Below, one piece after another: positions 27,118 to 36,626 of a stretch of 43,880 nt of DNA. A program made the position numbers and the translations under genes. The stretch lies in the IMG/VR virus record IMGVR_UViG_3300045988_187204, one strand, 5' to 3'. Under the pieces are notes generated by a model that was given only the letters and a program-made list of their open reading frames with translations, was not told where the DNA came from and did not search any database. Numbering within the stretch: the first letter of the stretch is position 1; each line of letters starts with the position of its first letter. The DNA comes from a virus. Lineage: Duplodnaviria > Heunggongvirae > Uroviricota > Caudoviricetes.

Positions 27118-27420
27118 TAGCTTTCCCAGCGAAGGGCAAACGATATCTTACGGATCATGCAACCGCCATATTGAAAAGACCTTTTTCCCGCTGCCGGGAA
27201 AATGATACTTTATAGGCATAAAAAAAGCCCACGGCGTGAAGCCTAGGCGAAACAGTCGCCTTCACTGAGTAGATTACTACTATCTTTAACGCGTTGGCAA
27301 AAGTACGAAGAATAATTGGAACCGCCAAAAAAAAAGCGAGAAATTTTGAAATAAATGACTTTTTTATGTTTTAGAGCATAAAACAAAGGGGTTGAGGAAC
27401 GAAAAAGGAATGAAAAGGAA

Positions 27421-27454
27421 TAAAAAAGCCCCGGATGCTCACGCACCCGAGGCT
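27421..27454 (-). terminator. Intrinsic terminator (- strand) after the three-gene accessory operon
   Basis: Stem AGCCCCGG (27427-27434) / CCGAGGCT (27447-27454), 7 of 8 bp, then UUUUUA on the - strand. Confidence 0.4.
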
Positions 27455-27459
27455 GACAG

Positions 27460-27852
27460 TTATTTTTGGAAATAAACTTTTAAAGGGATTGAATTCTCCA
27501 CATTGCCAATTTTGAAAGAGAACTGATAGTTGCCCTCTGCAGGGAACTGGAGGTCGGAGAACTCAAAGATGAAGTTGCTGAAGAGAAACTCATCTGAAGG
27601 GTGTGGCTCAATCTTGGAATTGATGGGCTGGCCAAGAATCATCTTGCCAGTGCTCATCTCTGTAACCTCTGCCGAGAACTCTTGCTGAAGTTTGCTTTCC
27701 TCGCTGTTCATCTTAACTCTCGCTACCATGAAGAGGTTGTTCTTAGGCAGCGGTGCTTTTCTTACCACATAGTGGTCAAAAGTGCCCACGATGGTAAGTT
27801 TGCCGTCATTATCTTGTGCAAAGTCACACAATGCAAGAATATCTATGTTCAT
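27460..27852 (-). CDS. Hypothetical protein (accessory operon, gene 3)
   Basis: 130-aa ORF; 4-nt overlap with the upstream gene. Confidence 0.45.
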   Translation of the reverse strand: MNIDILALCDFAQDNDGKLTIVGTFDHYVVRKAPLPKNNLFMVARVKMNSEESKLQQEFSAEVTEMSTGKMILGQPINSKIEPHPSDEFLFSNFIFEFSDLQFPAEGNYQFSFKIGNVENSIPLKVYFQK

Positions 27853-28289
27853 TTTATATGTCCTTTAATGTTAGACTCGATAGCCGAGTGTTTGAAAAGT
27901 TTTTTATAATTGTCGAATGAATATTTGAGTTTGCTCACCGTGCGCTTGTTTGTGCTCACTAGGTTGGCTCCATGTCTGCCAGAGATGCCTTCCTTGGTAT
28001 TGAACTTCAGAGAATTTCTTTTGGAGTCAACCCAAAGCCTGATGGCATCGCCTTGTATCTTGTCACCCACATTGCCATGGACGTTGAGATCTTCTCGTAT
28101 TTTCTTGTCCTCTTCGTTGAGCTCAAGAGCTTCGGTGATTTCTACGGAACTATTTCGGTCTAGTTCGTATAATGTCATCTTTTTGCCCGTGATAGGTTCC
28201 TCTTTGAGTCCCTTCCACTCAGCCCTTCTGGCAATGACATCAGCTTTTTTGCCCTCTATGATTTCACCTTCTTTGATATATATAGCCAT
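27849..28289 (-). CDS. Hypothetical protein (accessory operon, gene 2)
   Basis: 146-aa ORF; 1-nt overlap with the upstream gene. Confidence 0.45.
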   Translation of the reverse strand: MAIYIKEGEIIEGKKADVIARRAEWKGLKEEPITGKKMTLYELDRNSSVEITEALELNEEDKKIREDLNVHGNVGDKIQGDAIRLWVDSKRNSLKFNTKEGISGRHGANLVSTNKRTVSKLKYSFDNYKKLFKHSAIESNIKGHIK

Positions 28290-28717
28290 TATTGGATACT
28301 TTTTTGCATTGATTTTTCACTGAAAGAGAATACCTCAGCCATATCATCAGGCGAGGTGATGCTCATGAGCGATGGGCTGACCTCAAGAGCCACCTCAATG
28401 TCTTCAATGGAAGCATCTTTATCTTGTTTGATGATGTACTTATCCTCATGCTCTTCAATCTCTTTATCAAACTCTTCTTCGGTAATATTGCCGTCAAGCA
28501 TTTCGCAATATAGTTTGAAGTAGTTGCGCTCACGTGTGCGGTTGTTAACGGCACGAGTCATCAACTCCTTGAGTCTGTCGGCAGTACTGATGTTGAAAAA
28601 GTTAGCCTTATTGGTAACACCAGCGAATGCAACCTTGCCAGTACCTTTGTCTTGTATAGCCACAACAGGGCTGCCATCAGTTTGGTATGTTGTATATATA
28701 GTCGTTGTATTGCTCAT
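28289..28717 (-). CDS. Hypothetical protein (accessory operon, gene 1)
   Basis: 142-aa ORF; TGCAAAGATA -7-like element at 28748-28755 just upstream. Confidence 0.45.
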   Translation of the reverse strand: MSNTTTIYTTYQTDGSPVVAIQDKGTGKVAFAGVTNKANFFNISTADRLKELMTRAVNNRTRERNYFKLYCEMLDGNITEEEFDKEIEEHEDKYIIKQDKDASIEDIEVALEVSPSLMSITSPDDMAEVFSFSEKSMQKSIQ

Positions 28718-28945
28718 AATTCACATCCTGTTTATATTAACACGGTGCAAAGATACGGCTATTTTTTGTAAATCGCAAATTTAATGATAAATTTAACAAC
28801 AAAAATTGCAATAAAGATTGGAAAATGGTATATAAAGAATGCTCGACCGCTTTTTGGCTCTTGCCAGACGCTTTCGCCGCAGGCGAAAATTTTTGGAAAA
28901 TGAGGGGGAAGGTTTTAGCCTTCCCCTTACCTTATTATATATATA

Positions 28946-29629
28946 TTATAGCTTTCCTTTGTCGTGGTAGCTGTAGAAGCCATCCTCAGCCAAGATGATA
29001 TGGTCCATCAAGAAAAGTCTCATCACCTCGCACGCCTTGGCTATCTTCTGCGTGAGCATATCGTCCGCCTTGCTCGGCTGCGTGCTGTTCGATGGGTGGT
29101 TGTGTGCCACGGCGATGATGGTTGCATTGTTGAGCACGGCTTCTTTCATTATCAGTCGAACGTCCACCGCTGTCTCGGTGATGCCTCCCTCGCTGAGCTT
29201 GGTGCACTTTATCAGCCTAAAGTTTTGGTTCATCAGCACTACCCAAAAGCCCTCTGTCTCATTGCAGCCTATCATTGGGCGAAGATAGTTGTAGAGTGCC
29301 AGGCTGCTGCCTAGGTCGGTGTTTCTCGCTACCTTTTCCATTTGGTAGCGTCTGCCTAGCTCGATGGCTGCCTGTAGGGCTATCGCCTTGCAGTCTCCAA
29401 TTCCTGGTACCACTTCCAGGTCTTCTATTCTCGCCTTGCCGATGTTGCGAAGCGAGTTGCCCATGATGTTATAAATCTGTCGTGCCTGCTCTTGGCTGTC
29501 CTTGGTACCTGCCCCTCTGTTGATTACCAAAGAAATCAAGTCAACGTTGGTAAGGGTGTCGAAACCTTGGTTATAGGCTCTGTACTGCGGTCTCTCCTCC
29601 ATACAAAGATTGTTATAATTTTGTCTCAT
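28946..29629 (-). CDS. RadC-like JAB/MPN-domain protein
   Basis: 227-aa ORF, ATG at 29629; C-terminal …TIIAVAHNHPSNSTQPSKADDMLT… carries the JAMM-like H-x-H-P-S…D signature of the RadC family. Confidence 0.75.
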   Translation of the reverse strand: MRQNYNNLCMEERPQYRAYNQGFDTLTNVDLISLVINRGAGTKDSQEQARQIYNIMGNSLRNIGKARIEDLEVVPGIGDCKAIALQAAIELGRRYQMEKVARNTDLGSSLALYNYLRPMIGCNETEGFWVVLMNQNFRLIKCTKLSEGGITETAVDVRLIMKEAVLNNATIIAVAHNHPSNSTQPSKADDMLTQKIAKACEVMRLFLMDHIILAEDGFYSYHDKGKL

Positions 29630-29644
29630 ATCTTTTGTTATTTG

Positions 29645-30169
29645 TTAGTTATACATTCTCTTTGTTCTCGCTAGGAACATCGCTCCCATCACTTGTGCGC
29701 CACATTCGGCTAGCTCGTTGGCGAACTCTCGGGCGGTCGCTCCGCTCGTCACCACGTCGTCGAAGATGATGACTTTCTTTCCGCTGAAGTACTCTCTATC
29801 GAGTGCCACTCTGTAGTCGAAGCTCTCACACACTCTGTCTGTGCTGAAGTGCTTGGCTGTGCGCTCTCCATAGATGGAAATGTGCTCGTTTCCGTTCTGT
29901 ACCTTTGCGCCTTGGCTCACCTTTTGGGCGAAGCGAGAAAAGCGCTTGGTGTACTTCTTTGAGTTGGCTGCTGGAGCGCAAACCATCACGAAGTCGCTGG
30001 CTTTGTCGCCATAGGTGTTGACGAAAGAGCTGACCACCATATCGGCAGCTGCGTCTGTCGCCCACTGCTTTCCATCCTTGAAGGCAAAGATGAAGTTTCT
30101 CACTTGCTCTGCTTGTGCTGAGCGGTCGAAACGCTTGGAGCTGTACTCGTAATAATTGAAAGTTTTCAT
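29645..30169 (-). CDS. Phosphoribosyltransferase-domain protein (ComF-like type I PRTase fold)
   Basis: 174-aa ORF, ATG at 30169; …KKVIIFDDVVTSGATAREFANEL… is a typical PRPP-binding loop. Confidence 0.65.
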   Translation of the reverse strand: MKTFNYYEYSSKRFDRSAQAEQVRNFIFAFKDGKQWATDAAADMVVSSFVNTYGDKASDFVMVCAPAANSKKYTKRFSRFAQKVSQGAKVQNGNEHISIYGERTAKHFSTDRVCESFDYRVALDREYFSGKKVIIFDDVVTSGATAREFANELAECGAQVMGAMFLARTKRMYN

Positions 30170-30437
30170 ACGCTTAAAATTTTTATTCTAGCCAGAGGGA
30201 GGAAGGAGCTTTTTTATTTGAACTCGTCTTTGCCTGCCCGTCTGAGAGTTTTTTTTATTCTGTCCGTCGGTCGTTTTTGTCGCTTTTTACGGTGCGATGC
30301 AGACGAGCGGAGAAGAGGTATGAAAGCCAAGGAATTTTGCAAAAAGTTTATGGAAAACCGTCATCTCTGATTGCGGAAGGCTGCCGAAAAGTTTTTGGAA
30401 AATAGATTTATCGGTACTTGGTGCATGCCGTCCGCCG

Positions 30438-30445
30438 TACCTTTG
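30438..30445 (+). promoter_or_regulatory. Putative + strand promoter -7 element inside the 0.9-kb ORF-free region
   Basis: GTACCTTTGCAC at 30437-30448, identical to the 12-mer in the tRNA promoter (587-598); -33 element not obvious. Confidence 0.3.
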
Positions 30446-31067
30446 CACCCGAAAAAGAGATAATGACCGATGGATAACCGATAAAGGGAAAAGCTCTCGG
30501 ACAGGAAAAGCGGGCAAAGAAAAGGCTCTGCCTTACCTTGGTGGTTAAGCCTTAGCGACGTTTGAGCGCCATCACGGTCACCACCGCTTGAAAATTCGCA
30601 AATTTTAACCCTAGCGTATGAAATGAAAGATGGAAAATTTGCGTCATCAAAAACACCATGTTTTTCAGACTTCAGGAGGAAAAACATACCTTGGAGCGAT
30701 GAAATCGCAGCATTTGGCAGGCTTCGACCCCGAGGTTGAAGATGCCAAATGTGTCGTTTTACGACAGGTTTTCCACACCCACGGATTGGAAAACCCCGAT
30801 TTTATCGTGGTTTTAGGGATTCAAAGGGAAAATAATTCCCCTTTGTCGGCGATAGCACCCCCCACCGCCCTACGCCCGAGCGCGCCTTCCGCCCCCTTGG
30901 AAAAGACGGAATATGTAAAAGACCGTTAACGTTTTTGTAGGAATGTAAAAAGCCAAAAGGCACGAAAAAAGGGAACACGCTTCGCAGCGCACTCCCCTTA
31001 TCTGCGGTCAAGCAAGAATGCCAGCCACCTAACTTATATAAGAATCGTACTATCTAAAGAAATCAAA

Positions 31068-32669
31068 CTATAGCATGGAACCCGTGGCGATGTAGCCATC
31101 AGCCTGAGGGTATTTCTCCATGCCAATCATGAGCGTGTCGTAGGCATCGGAGCCATCGGTGCGAGCCTCCAACTTATCCTCCTCGGTCTCAGCCAGCTTC
31201 TCGCCTCGCTTATCCTTCTTGCCGTTGTAGACCCCGGCCAGGCGGATGGAGATGAGCAGGTCTTCGTTGTTCTCGCTGTTGATCATCGAGCGATGCTCAG
31301 CCTTGCCGAGGAACATGCGGTTGAGCAGAAGCATCTTTTCGAGATGTCCCATCGGGTTGCCCAGATAGACCTCGTTGACATACCAGCCATGGTCGGTGAG
31401 GTAGTCGGTGATGAAGGTATGGAAGTCATCGTTCATCAGGGCGTAGTTGTTGCCCACGAAGGTGGAGTCGTAGTAGAAGTTGACCTCTTTGCACCGATGG
31501 TACTCATAGTACTGCATGAACTTGTCGAGCAGGGCTGGCAGCTTCTCCTCATACTTCACGAAGATGCTCTTGAGGCAGCGTGCCTCGCCCCGCAGGTTGT
31601 CTTGTCCGACGGCTATCCAGTTGATGAGGGCGTTGGCATCGAAGGCGATGCAGAGCGGACGGTCGGGGTCAACGTCGGCATCCATTCTGGAATCTACATG
31701 CTTGAGCTTGTCGATGTCGTAGCCCAAGCCATCGAGGTAGGCGAGGTTGGGCGCCGTGTATAGGTTGGCATCCCTGAGGTTGGAGTAGAAGCCATCGAGC
31801 GAGATGGAAGGTCGCTTGCACATGATGGAGGTCTGGAAGGTGAGGGCAGGGAGGTCTCGCTTCATCTGCTTGATGAACTCCATGCCGAGCACCTCGATGT
31901 TATAGACCGATGAGTACTCTTTATAGAAGAGTGCCTTGGAGCGCAGTTGCGCCAGGAGCTGACCAATCTCTCGGAGTCGGCGCTGGGCATAGCCTGAGAC
32001 ATGGCCCGAGGTCTTGATGCGGTTGCGTATGTCATACTCCTCTACCACGAGCGAGGCGATGGCGTCGATGAGCAGCTGGTCGCAGTCTTTCTTGTAGTTG
32101 AGGAACCAGGAGCCCTTCTTGGTCACGGGCATATCAGAGGTGATGAGCATGCCATGGTGGTAGTAGTGCTGGCCGAAGAGGTTGACGTTGCCTCGATTGG
32201 CAGGGAAGGTCTCGTCTTTGAGCTGTTCGAAGTTGATGAACTTCGCCTCGTCGATGTCGAGGTAGTCGAGCGAGAGGGAGTTGGAGGTACCCTTGCGGTC
32301 TTGCGAGATGATGGTACCGATGGAGCCGTTATAGAAAGAGATGGTGTTCTCCCAGTTGCTGGGCGGTATGACCGGGTCGGGCCATCCCAGTTTTTTGGGA
32401 GGCTTGACCCCGATGAGATAATGCTTGCCCCGGTGGAAGCCCCATCGCTCCCAGTGCTGAAGCATCGACGGTATGGTGTTGGTGAGGCATCGCTTGGTGT
32501 TGGCGGATACGAAGCCGCCGTTGCTGCCAGGCATGCGCTGCATGTTGCGCAGGTTGAAGGTGGCGTGGAGAATGCTCTTGCCGATGCCTCGACCGCCCAC
32601 GACCACGTTGTCGCGGGCGGAGATGAGGTTGACCTCCATCTGGGCTGGGTTGAGATATTGATCTATCAT
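31068..32669 (-). CDS. terL: Terminase large subunit
   Basis: 533-aa ORF, ATG at 32669; N-terminal Walker A …VVVGGRGIGKS… and Walker B-like …LDYLDIDEA…; ATGA start/stop overlap with the upstream gene. Confidence 0.75.
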   Translation of the reverse strand: MIDQYLNPAQMEVNLISARDNVVVGGRGIGKSILHATFNLRNMQRMPGSNGGFVSANTKRCLTNTIPSMLQHWERWGFHRGKHYLIGVKPPKKLGWPDPVIPPSNWENTISFYNGSIGTIISQDRKGTSNSLSLDYLDIDEAKFINFEQLKDETFPANRGNVNLFGQHYYHHGMLITSDMPVTKKGSWFLNYKKDCDQLLIDAIASLVVEEYDIRNRIKTSGHVSGYAQRRLREIGQLLAQLRSKALFYKEYSSVYNIEVLGMEFIKQMKRDLPALTFQTSIMCKRPSISLDGFYSNLRDANLYTAPNLAYLDGLGYDIDKLKHVDSRMDADVDPDRPLCIAFDANALINWIAVGQDNLRGEARCLKSIFVKYEEKLPALLDKFMQYYEYHRCKEVNFYYDSTFVGNNYALMNDDFHTFITDYLTDHGWYVNEVYLGNPMGHLEKMLLLNRMFLGKAEHRSMINSENNEDLLISIRLAGVYNGKKDKRGEKLAETEEDKLEARTDGSDAYDTLMIGMEKYPQADGYIATGSML

Positions 32670-33295
32670 AGTGCTTTGTCCTCCTTGACTTCTTCTGTAG
32701 GTGTATATTCCAAGAGCTGTTCGTCGTAGTCCTCGGCCTCGATCTTGACGAGATCCATGGAGTTGTCGGTGTATTTCTTGACGAGCTTCTTGATGGTCTG
32801 CATCACGTTAGGGATGCGCTTGAGACCCAAGTGTCGTGGGTCGGTGGTAGGGATGAAGACCTGAGGCTGAATCTGGTCGTAGCCGTTGTCGGTAGGATCC
32901 TCTTTGTCGAGCAGGTGATATTTGCCGTATGCAGCTGCGGCGGCAGCCATGGCTCGGGCATCGCCCATGGAGTCGGCCTTGTCGTAGGTGCGCTGTATCA
33001 TCTGGTCGAAGCGATAGCGGGCGAAGTCTTTTGACACTTTTTGCAGGTTGCCCAATATGAGCTTGATGAGGTGCAGGTCGTTGTAAGCCATCATGCGCTG
33101 CACCTTGTAGTCGTGCATATCTTTATAGACCAGCTCTTGGTCGCTCTTGCGAGGGTTGATGAGCCACCAGGCATAGAGGGCACGGATGCGCAAAATGCGG
33201 TCGCGCACTGGGGCGGGCACATTTTGCGCATCCATCTCTTCGGGTGTGCGGTCCATCAGTTCGATGATGGCATCGATGTTGGCGGGTTCTCTCAT
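32666..33295 (-). CDS. Hypothetical protein upstream of terL (terminase small subunit candidate)
   Basis: 209-aa ORF translationally coupled to terL; assignment by position only. Confidence 0.3.
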   Translation of the reverse strand: MREPANIDAIIELMDRTPEEMDAQNVPAPVRDRILRIRALYAWWLINPRKSDQELVYKDMHDYKVQRMMAYNDLHLIKLILGNLQKVSKDFARYRFDQMIQRTYDKADSMGDARAMAAAAAAYGKYHLLDKEDPTDNGYDQIQPQVFIPTTDPRHLGLKRIPNVMQTIKKLVKKYTDNSMDLVKIEAEDYDEQLLEYTPTEEVKEDKAL

Positions 33296-33573
33296 ATTCT
33301 AATCTCCTCTAACATTTGGTTCAGATATTCGTGTGTGCGCTGCACCGCCTGTGGCGAGCCAGCCGCAGCCAGGTCTAGCTCGTTTTTGCGTATCTGCTGG
33401 CGCACCGTCGCCATGCCCAAGTAATAGACACGGTGAAGCTCGGAGTCGGGCTTCAGTATCTCGTCACGCAGATCGTCCTCGCTAATATCCAAAAGGACGG
33501 ACATCTCGGATATCGGAGTCAACGTCTCCGCGAAGTCTTGCACTTTTTTGAGTAATTCCTGAGAAATTTCCAT
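33292..33573 (-). CDS. Hypothetical small protein (start uncertain)
   Basis: 93-aa ORF overlapping the upstream gene; an internal ATG at about 33504 would reduce the overlap. Confidence 0.3.
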   Translation of the reverse strand: MEISQELLKKVQDFAETLTPISEMSVLLDISEDDLRDEILKPDSELHRVYYLGMATVRQQIRKNELDLAAAGSPQAVQRTHEYLNQMLEEIRI

Positions 33574-34057
33574 TGATTCTTAAGCTTTGAGTGTCACAAT
33601 GAAGGGTATATCCGCCGAAGAGGTCGGCGAAGACCTGCGGGTCGGTGGTGATGATGGTTGACTCGTCACGGCTGCCGTAGGTCTGGTTTTGCGAGGTGAC
33701 GACCGACACGACGTGCTGGTCGTTGCGGAAGAGTGTCACCTTGGAGTGGTTTTGCCCCAGGAACACATCGTCGAAGCAGGTCTGCATCATGCGCCACAGC
33801 TGCACGGTCTTTTTGCTCGCCTTGACATCGAGCAGCATCGTTGCCGACAGGATGCTGCCCGACTGGCGCATCAGGCGGAAGCCTCGCAGGAACTCCTCGG
33901 AGGTGGAGTAGGAAGACACCCACACATCTGCAGGGCCTATCTGGGAGAGAATCCACTTGATGAGACCGAGGGTGTGGAGGTGCCGCCCGAAGTAGGCTTG
34001 CGTCTGGGCATCGGCGATGGGACGGAGCAGGTCACTGACCTTGACCTTGGTCGGCAT
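33482..34057 (-). CDS. Hypothetical protein
   Basis: 191-aa ORF. Confidence 0.4.
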   Translation of the reverse strand: MPTKVKVSDLLRPIADAQTQAYFGRHLHTLGLIKWILSQIGPADVWVSSYSTSEEFLRGFRLMRQSGSILSATMLLDVKASKKTVQLWRMMQTCFDDVFLGQNHSKVTLFRNDQHVVSVVTSQNQTYGSRDESTIITTDPQVFADLFGGYTLHCDTQSLRINGNFSGITQKSARLRGDVDSDIRDVRPFGY

Positions 34058-34775
34058 TGGCGGCTAGCTTAGCCTTGGCTACACGGTCACGGTCGGCATT
34101 GGTAACCTGGTATGAGTCGTAGGTGAGCATGTCGGCACGATAGCGCTTGTCGAGGTCGGAGAGTATCTTGAGAAGCTCGTATCGGTCGCATGGCTCAAGG
34201 CGCTCCATCGTCTTGAGCGTCTCGAAGGTCGATTTAATCTGCTTGTATCGCTTGGCGTTGGCATCCCAGAGAGCGGCAACCTCGGCAGGAAGGAACTCAT
34301 GGTCGCTGCGCTTGCCCTTGCGGATGACCGCCACGCCATCGCTCTCGGAGGAAGGCAGCTCGGCATCATCGGTCGAGCCATCATCGTCGATGGAATCGGC
34401 ATTTTTTGCGATTTCATTGCCATTTTCGTCGGTTTCATCGGTCTTTTTGGTCGTTTTCTCGGTCGTATCGGTCGTTTCTTCGGTCGTTGCCACAGGTACG
34501 CCCTCACTGATGATGGCTTGCGCCTCTGGTATGACGATGGCATCCATCTGCTTGACCTCTTCGATGGTCATGCCATCGAGACGAATCTTCAGGAACTTAT
34601 TCAGCTCATACTCGATGTTGGTGCGATAAACCTGTGGCTGTCGGGTGGCACGGAAATGGTAGAAGCGATTGCGGTTGAGACGGAAGAGCATGTCTGCGCC
34701 CTTGATGATGTCAGCGTCGCTCTCGTGCTTGGCATTGAGCCACGCCTGTATCTGTTTGGTGAATTGATGATCCAT
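34032..34775 (-). CDS. Hypothetical acidic protein with a Thr/Glu/Asp-rich low-complexity centre
   Basis: ORF track 34032..34907; start refined to ATG at 34775 (MDHQFTKQIQAWL…). Confidence 0.4.
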   Translation of the reverse strand: MDHQFTKQIQAWLNAKHESDADIIKGADMLFRLNRNRFYHFRATRQPQVYRTNIEYELNKFLKIRLDGMTIEEVKQMDAIVIPEAQAIISEGVPVATTEETTDTTEKTTKKTDETDENGNEIAKNADSIDDDGSTDDAELPSSESDGVAVIRKGKRSDHEFLPAEVAALWDANAKRYKQIKSTFETLKTMERLEPCDRYELLKILSDLDKRYRADMLTYDSYQVTNADRDRVAKAKLAANADQGQGQ

Positions 34776-34891
34776 ATATAAGAATGTTTTTGATGAAAAG
34801 AACAAAGGTGGCTCAGGCACGAAGCGAGAGCCACCTAAGCTTTGAAGTTTAAACCGTATGTAGTTATGCAAAAATTTGGGCAAATGAACGT

Positions 34892-35488
34892 TTATGCCGC
34901 CTCCCATACAGAGCCATCGGAACCCTTGATGTCTCCGGACTCAGTCTCGATCTTGCCAGGATAGAACGGTGTAGGGCAGAAGTCTGTCGCCTCGGTGTTG
35001 ACGGTCGTGGTGCAAGCATCGGTCACGCCGCTGCCCGATGCCTGGCTGACGGTAATCTTAGGTGCGAATGCCTCGCAGCCGATGAGACGGGCACGACCCT
35101 TGCGGTCTTGCACCATCATGATGAGCTCGTCGTTGATAGCCATGGTAGCGAAGCCACTGATGTCCTCGTCGGTACCACCCACCACGAACTCGCCTTTGTT
35201 GAGGAACGTAGCGGAAGGTGCCTCGCCCTGAGTCTCTGCAGTAAAATTGCTCTTGGCATCTACGAGGTCGAGACTGTGCCACTTGGCATCGCTCGCCAAG
35301 GTGAAGTCGCCTGTATATTGAGCCAGCTTGGCCGGGTCTGTGGTCTTGTCATCAGCTGCTGGCAATGTTGGCCAAGTCAGGATCTGACTCTTGAGGATGA
35401 AGAATACACGAGGTTTAATGCCTGGGGCTATGCGAGCCCCAGGACATTTTTTGACTGATTTATATAAATCTTTTGTAGTACAAGCCAT
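34892..35488 (-). CDS. Hypothetical virion protein downstream of the capsid gene (decoration / head-tail joining candidate)
   Basis: 198-aa ORF. Confidence 0.4.
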   Translation of the reverse strand: MACTTKDLYKSVKKCPGARIAPGIKPRVFFILKSQILTWPTLPAADDKTTDPAKLAQYTGDFTLASDAKWHSLDLVDAKSNFTAETQGEAPSATFLNKGEFVVGGTDEDISGFATMAINDELIMMVQDRKGRARLIGCEAFAPKITVSQASGSGVTDACTTTVNTEATDFCPTPFYPGKIETESGDIKGSDGSVWEAA

Positions 35489-35521
35489 AATTTAATCTCC
35501 TATATATAATAAGGTGAAACT

Positions 35522-36625
35522 TTACTCCTTGCCCTCATCGTCAGTGTCGCTTGAAGACGTATCCACTGGGTCGCCACTGGCAGTGTTGCTTGCAGCCTCT
35601 GCGAGCGAAGTCTTCTGGATGAGCGGTGTGGTACCATCGTTGGTGATGACAAGAAGGCGCTCTTTGTTGATGCTCTCGTACTGGCAGCCGAAGAACTTGG
35701 TGGCGATGAAGTCGAGCTTCCAAGGGTGGTATTTTTCCACGCTGATCTTCTCCTCGTCGCTGTTGTTTGCCTCGTTGACACCCACGAGCATGTTGTTGCG
35801 AGTGGTGAGCTGGAAGAATGGCGCATTCTTCTTGTTGACGAGCGGTACCATCTCTACGTTGTCGAAGCCCTCGATGGTGTTGTGGTTGTAACCTGTATTG
35901 TATGGCACATTGCCAAACTTTTTGAGGTAGTTGCGGTTGTAGAGGTTGATGAACGCCTGTGGCACGTAGAGATAAAGCTTCTCTTCGCCAATCAGCTCTT
36001 CGTCAGCCGACTCGCAGATGGCCTGAGCGAAGTCAACGGCGTTGTCGTCGCTGATGGAAGCGTCGCTGCCCAGAATGTCTGAGACCTTGATGAGGTTGCC
36101 GAGTTCGCTAGACAGCTTGGCATTGGTCAACTCAGTCTTGGCGATGGTATCGAAACCATTGAAAAGGTCTTTTGAACCCTTGCCCTGGTCGTTGCGCACG
36201 GCATCGAAGAGGTGGAGGTTGAGATTCTTGCCCAGCTTGAGCGCAAGCAACTGCAGCACCTGAAGGGTGATTGGCACGTTCTTAAGCGCTTCGCCATTCA
36301 TGGCGTTGGCACCCCAGATAGTGGAATAAACCGAGTTAGGGGAGAACTTGATGTCAACGTTGCCGAGGTACACCTGCAGGGTACGAGGTGTAATCTTAAC
36401 GCCACCATCGCCCACACGGTTCTCGTCGTATGGACCGAGCTCAGCGTTGCCGAGCAACTCGCCCACGGTCTCTGAAACTCTGATGCCCGGGCGCAGGGTC
36501 ATATATTTGAGCGACTGAGCCAAGCCCTTTGTCGGCATCGTAATCAACTGCGAACGGTAAGTTTTCGCAGTGTTCTGCAGCTGTACATCGACATCTGCAG
36601 GCGCAATGAATTTATTATCTGCCAT
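35522..36625 (-). CDS. Putative major capsid protein
   Basis: 367-aa ORF, ATG at 36625, starting 1 nt after the protease/scaffold stop; assignment by size and position, no motif confirmation. Confidence 0.5.
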   Translation of the reverse strand: MADNKFIAPADVDVQLQNTAKTYRSQLITMPTKGLAQSLKYMTLRPGIRVSETVGELLGNAELGPYDENRVGDGGVKITPRTLQVYLGNVDIKFSPNSVYSTIWGANAMNGEALKNVPITLQVLQLLALKLGKNLNLHLFDAVRNDQGKGSKDLFNGFDTIAKTELTNAKLSSELGNLIKVSDILGSDASISDDNAVDFAQAICESADEELIGEEKLYLYVPQAFINLYNRNYLKKFGNVPYNTGYNHNTIEGFDNVEMVPLVNKKNAPFFQLTTRNNMLVGVNEANNSDEEKISVEKYHPWKLDFIATKFFGCQYESINKERLLVITNDGTTPLIQKTSLAEAASNTASGDPVDTSSSDTDDEGKE

Positions 36626-36626
36626 A

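Noticed and set aside
28873-28926. Two hairpins downstream of the RadC gene (TTCGCC-gca-GGCGAA and GGGGAAGG-ttttag-CCTTCCCC)
   Set aside because: Stems are clear but the flanking U-tracts are ambiguous on both strands, so strand and function could not be assigned; a terminator for the PRTase-RadC unit is plausible but not listed as a feature.
30630-30929. 99-aa + strand ORF inside the ORF-free region (…APPTALRPSAPSAP…)
   Set aside because: Low-complexity translation of a GC-rich stretch on the strand opposite all neighbouring genes; kept only as a possibility under the ORF-free-region finding.
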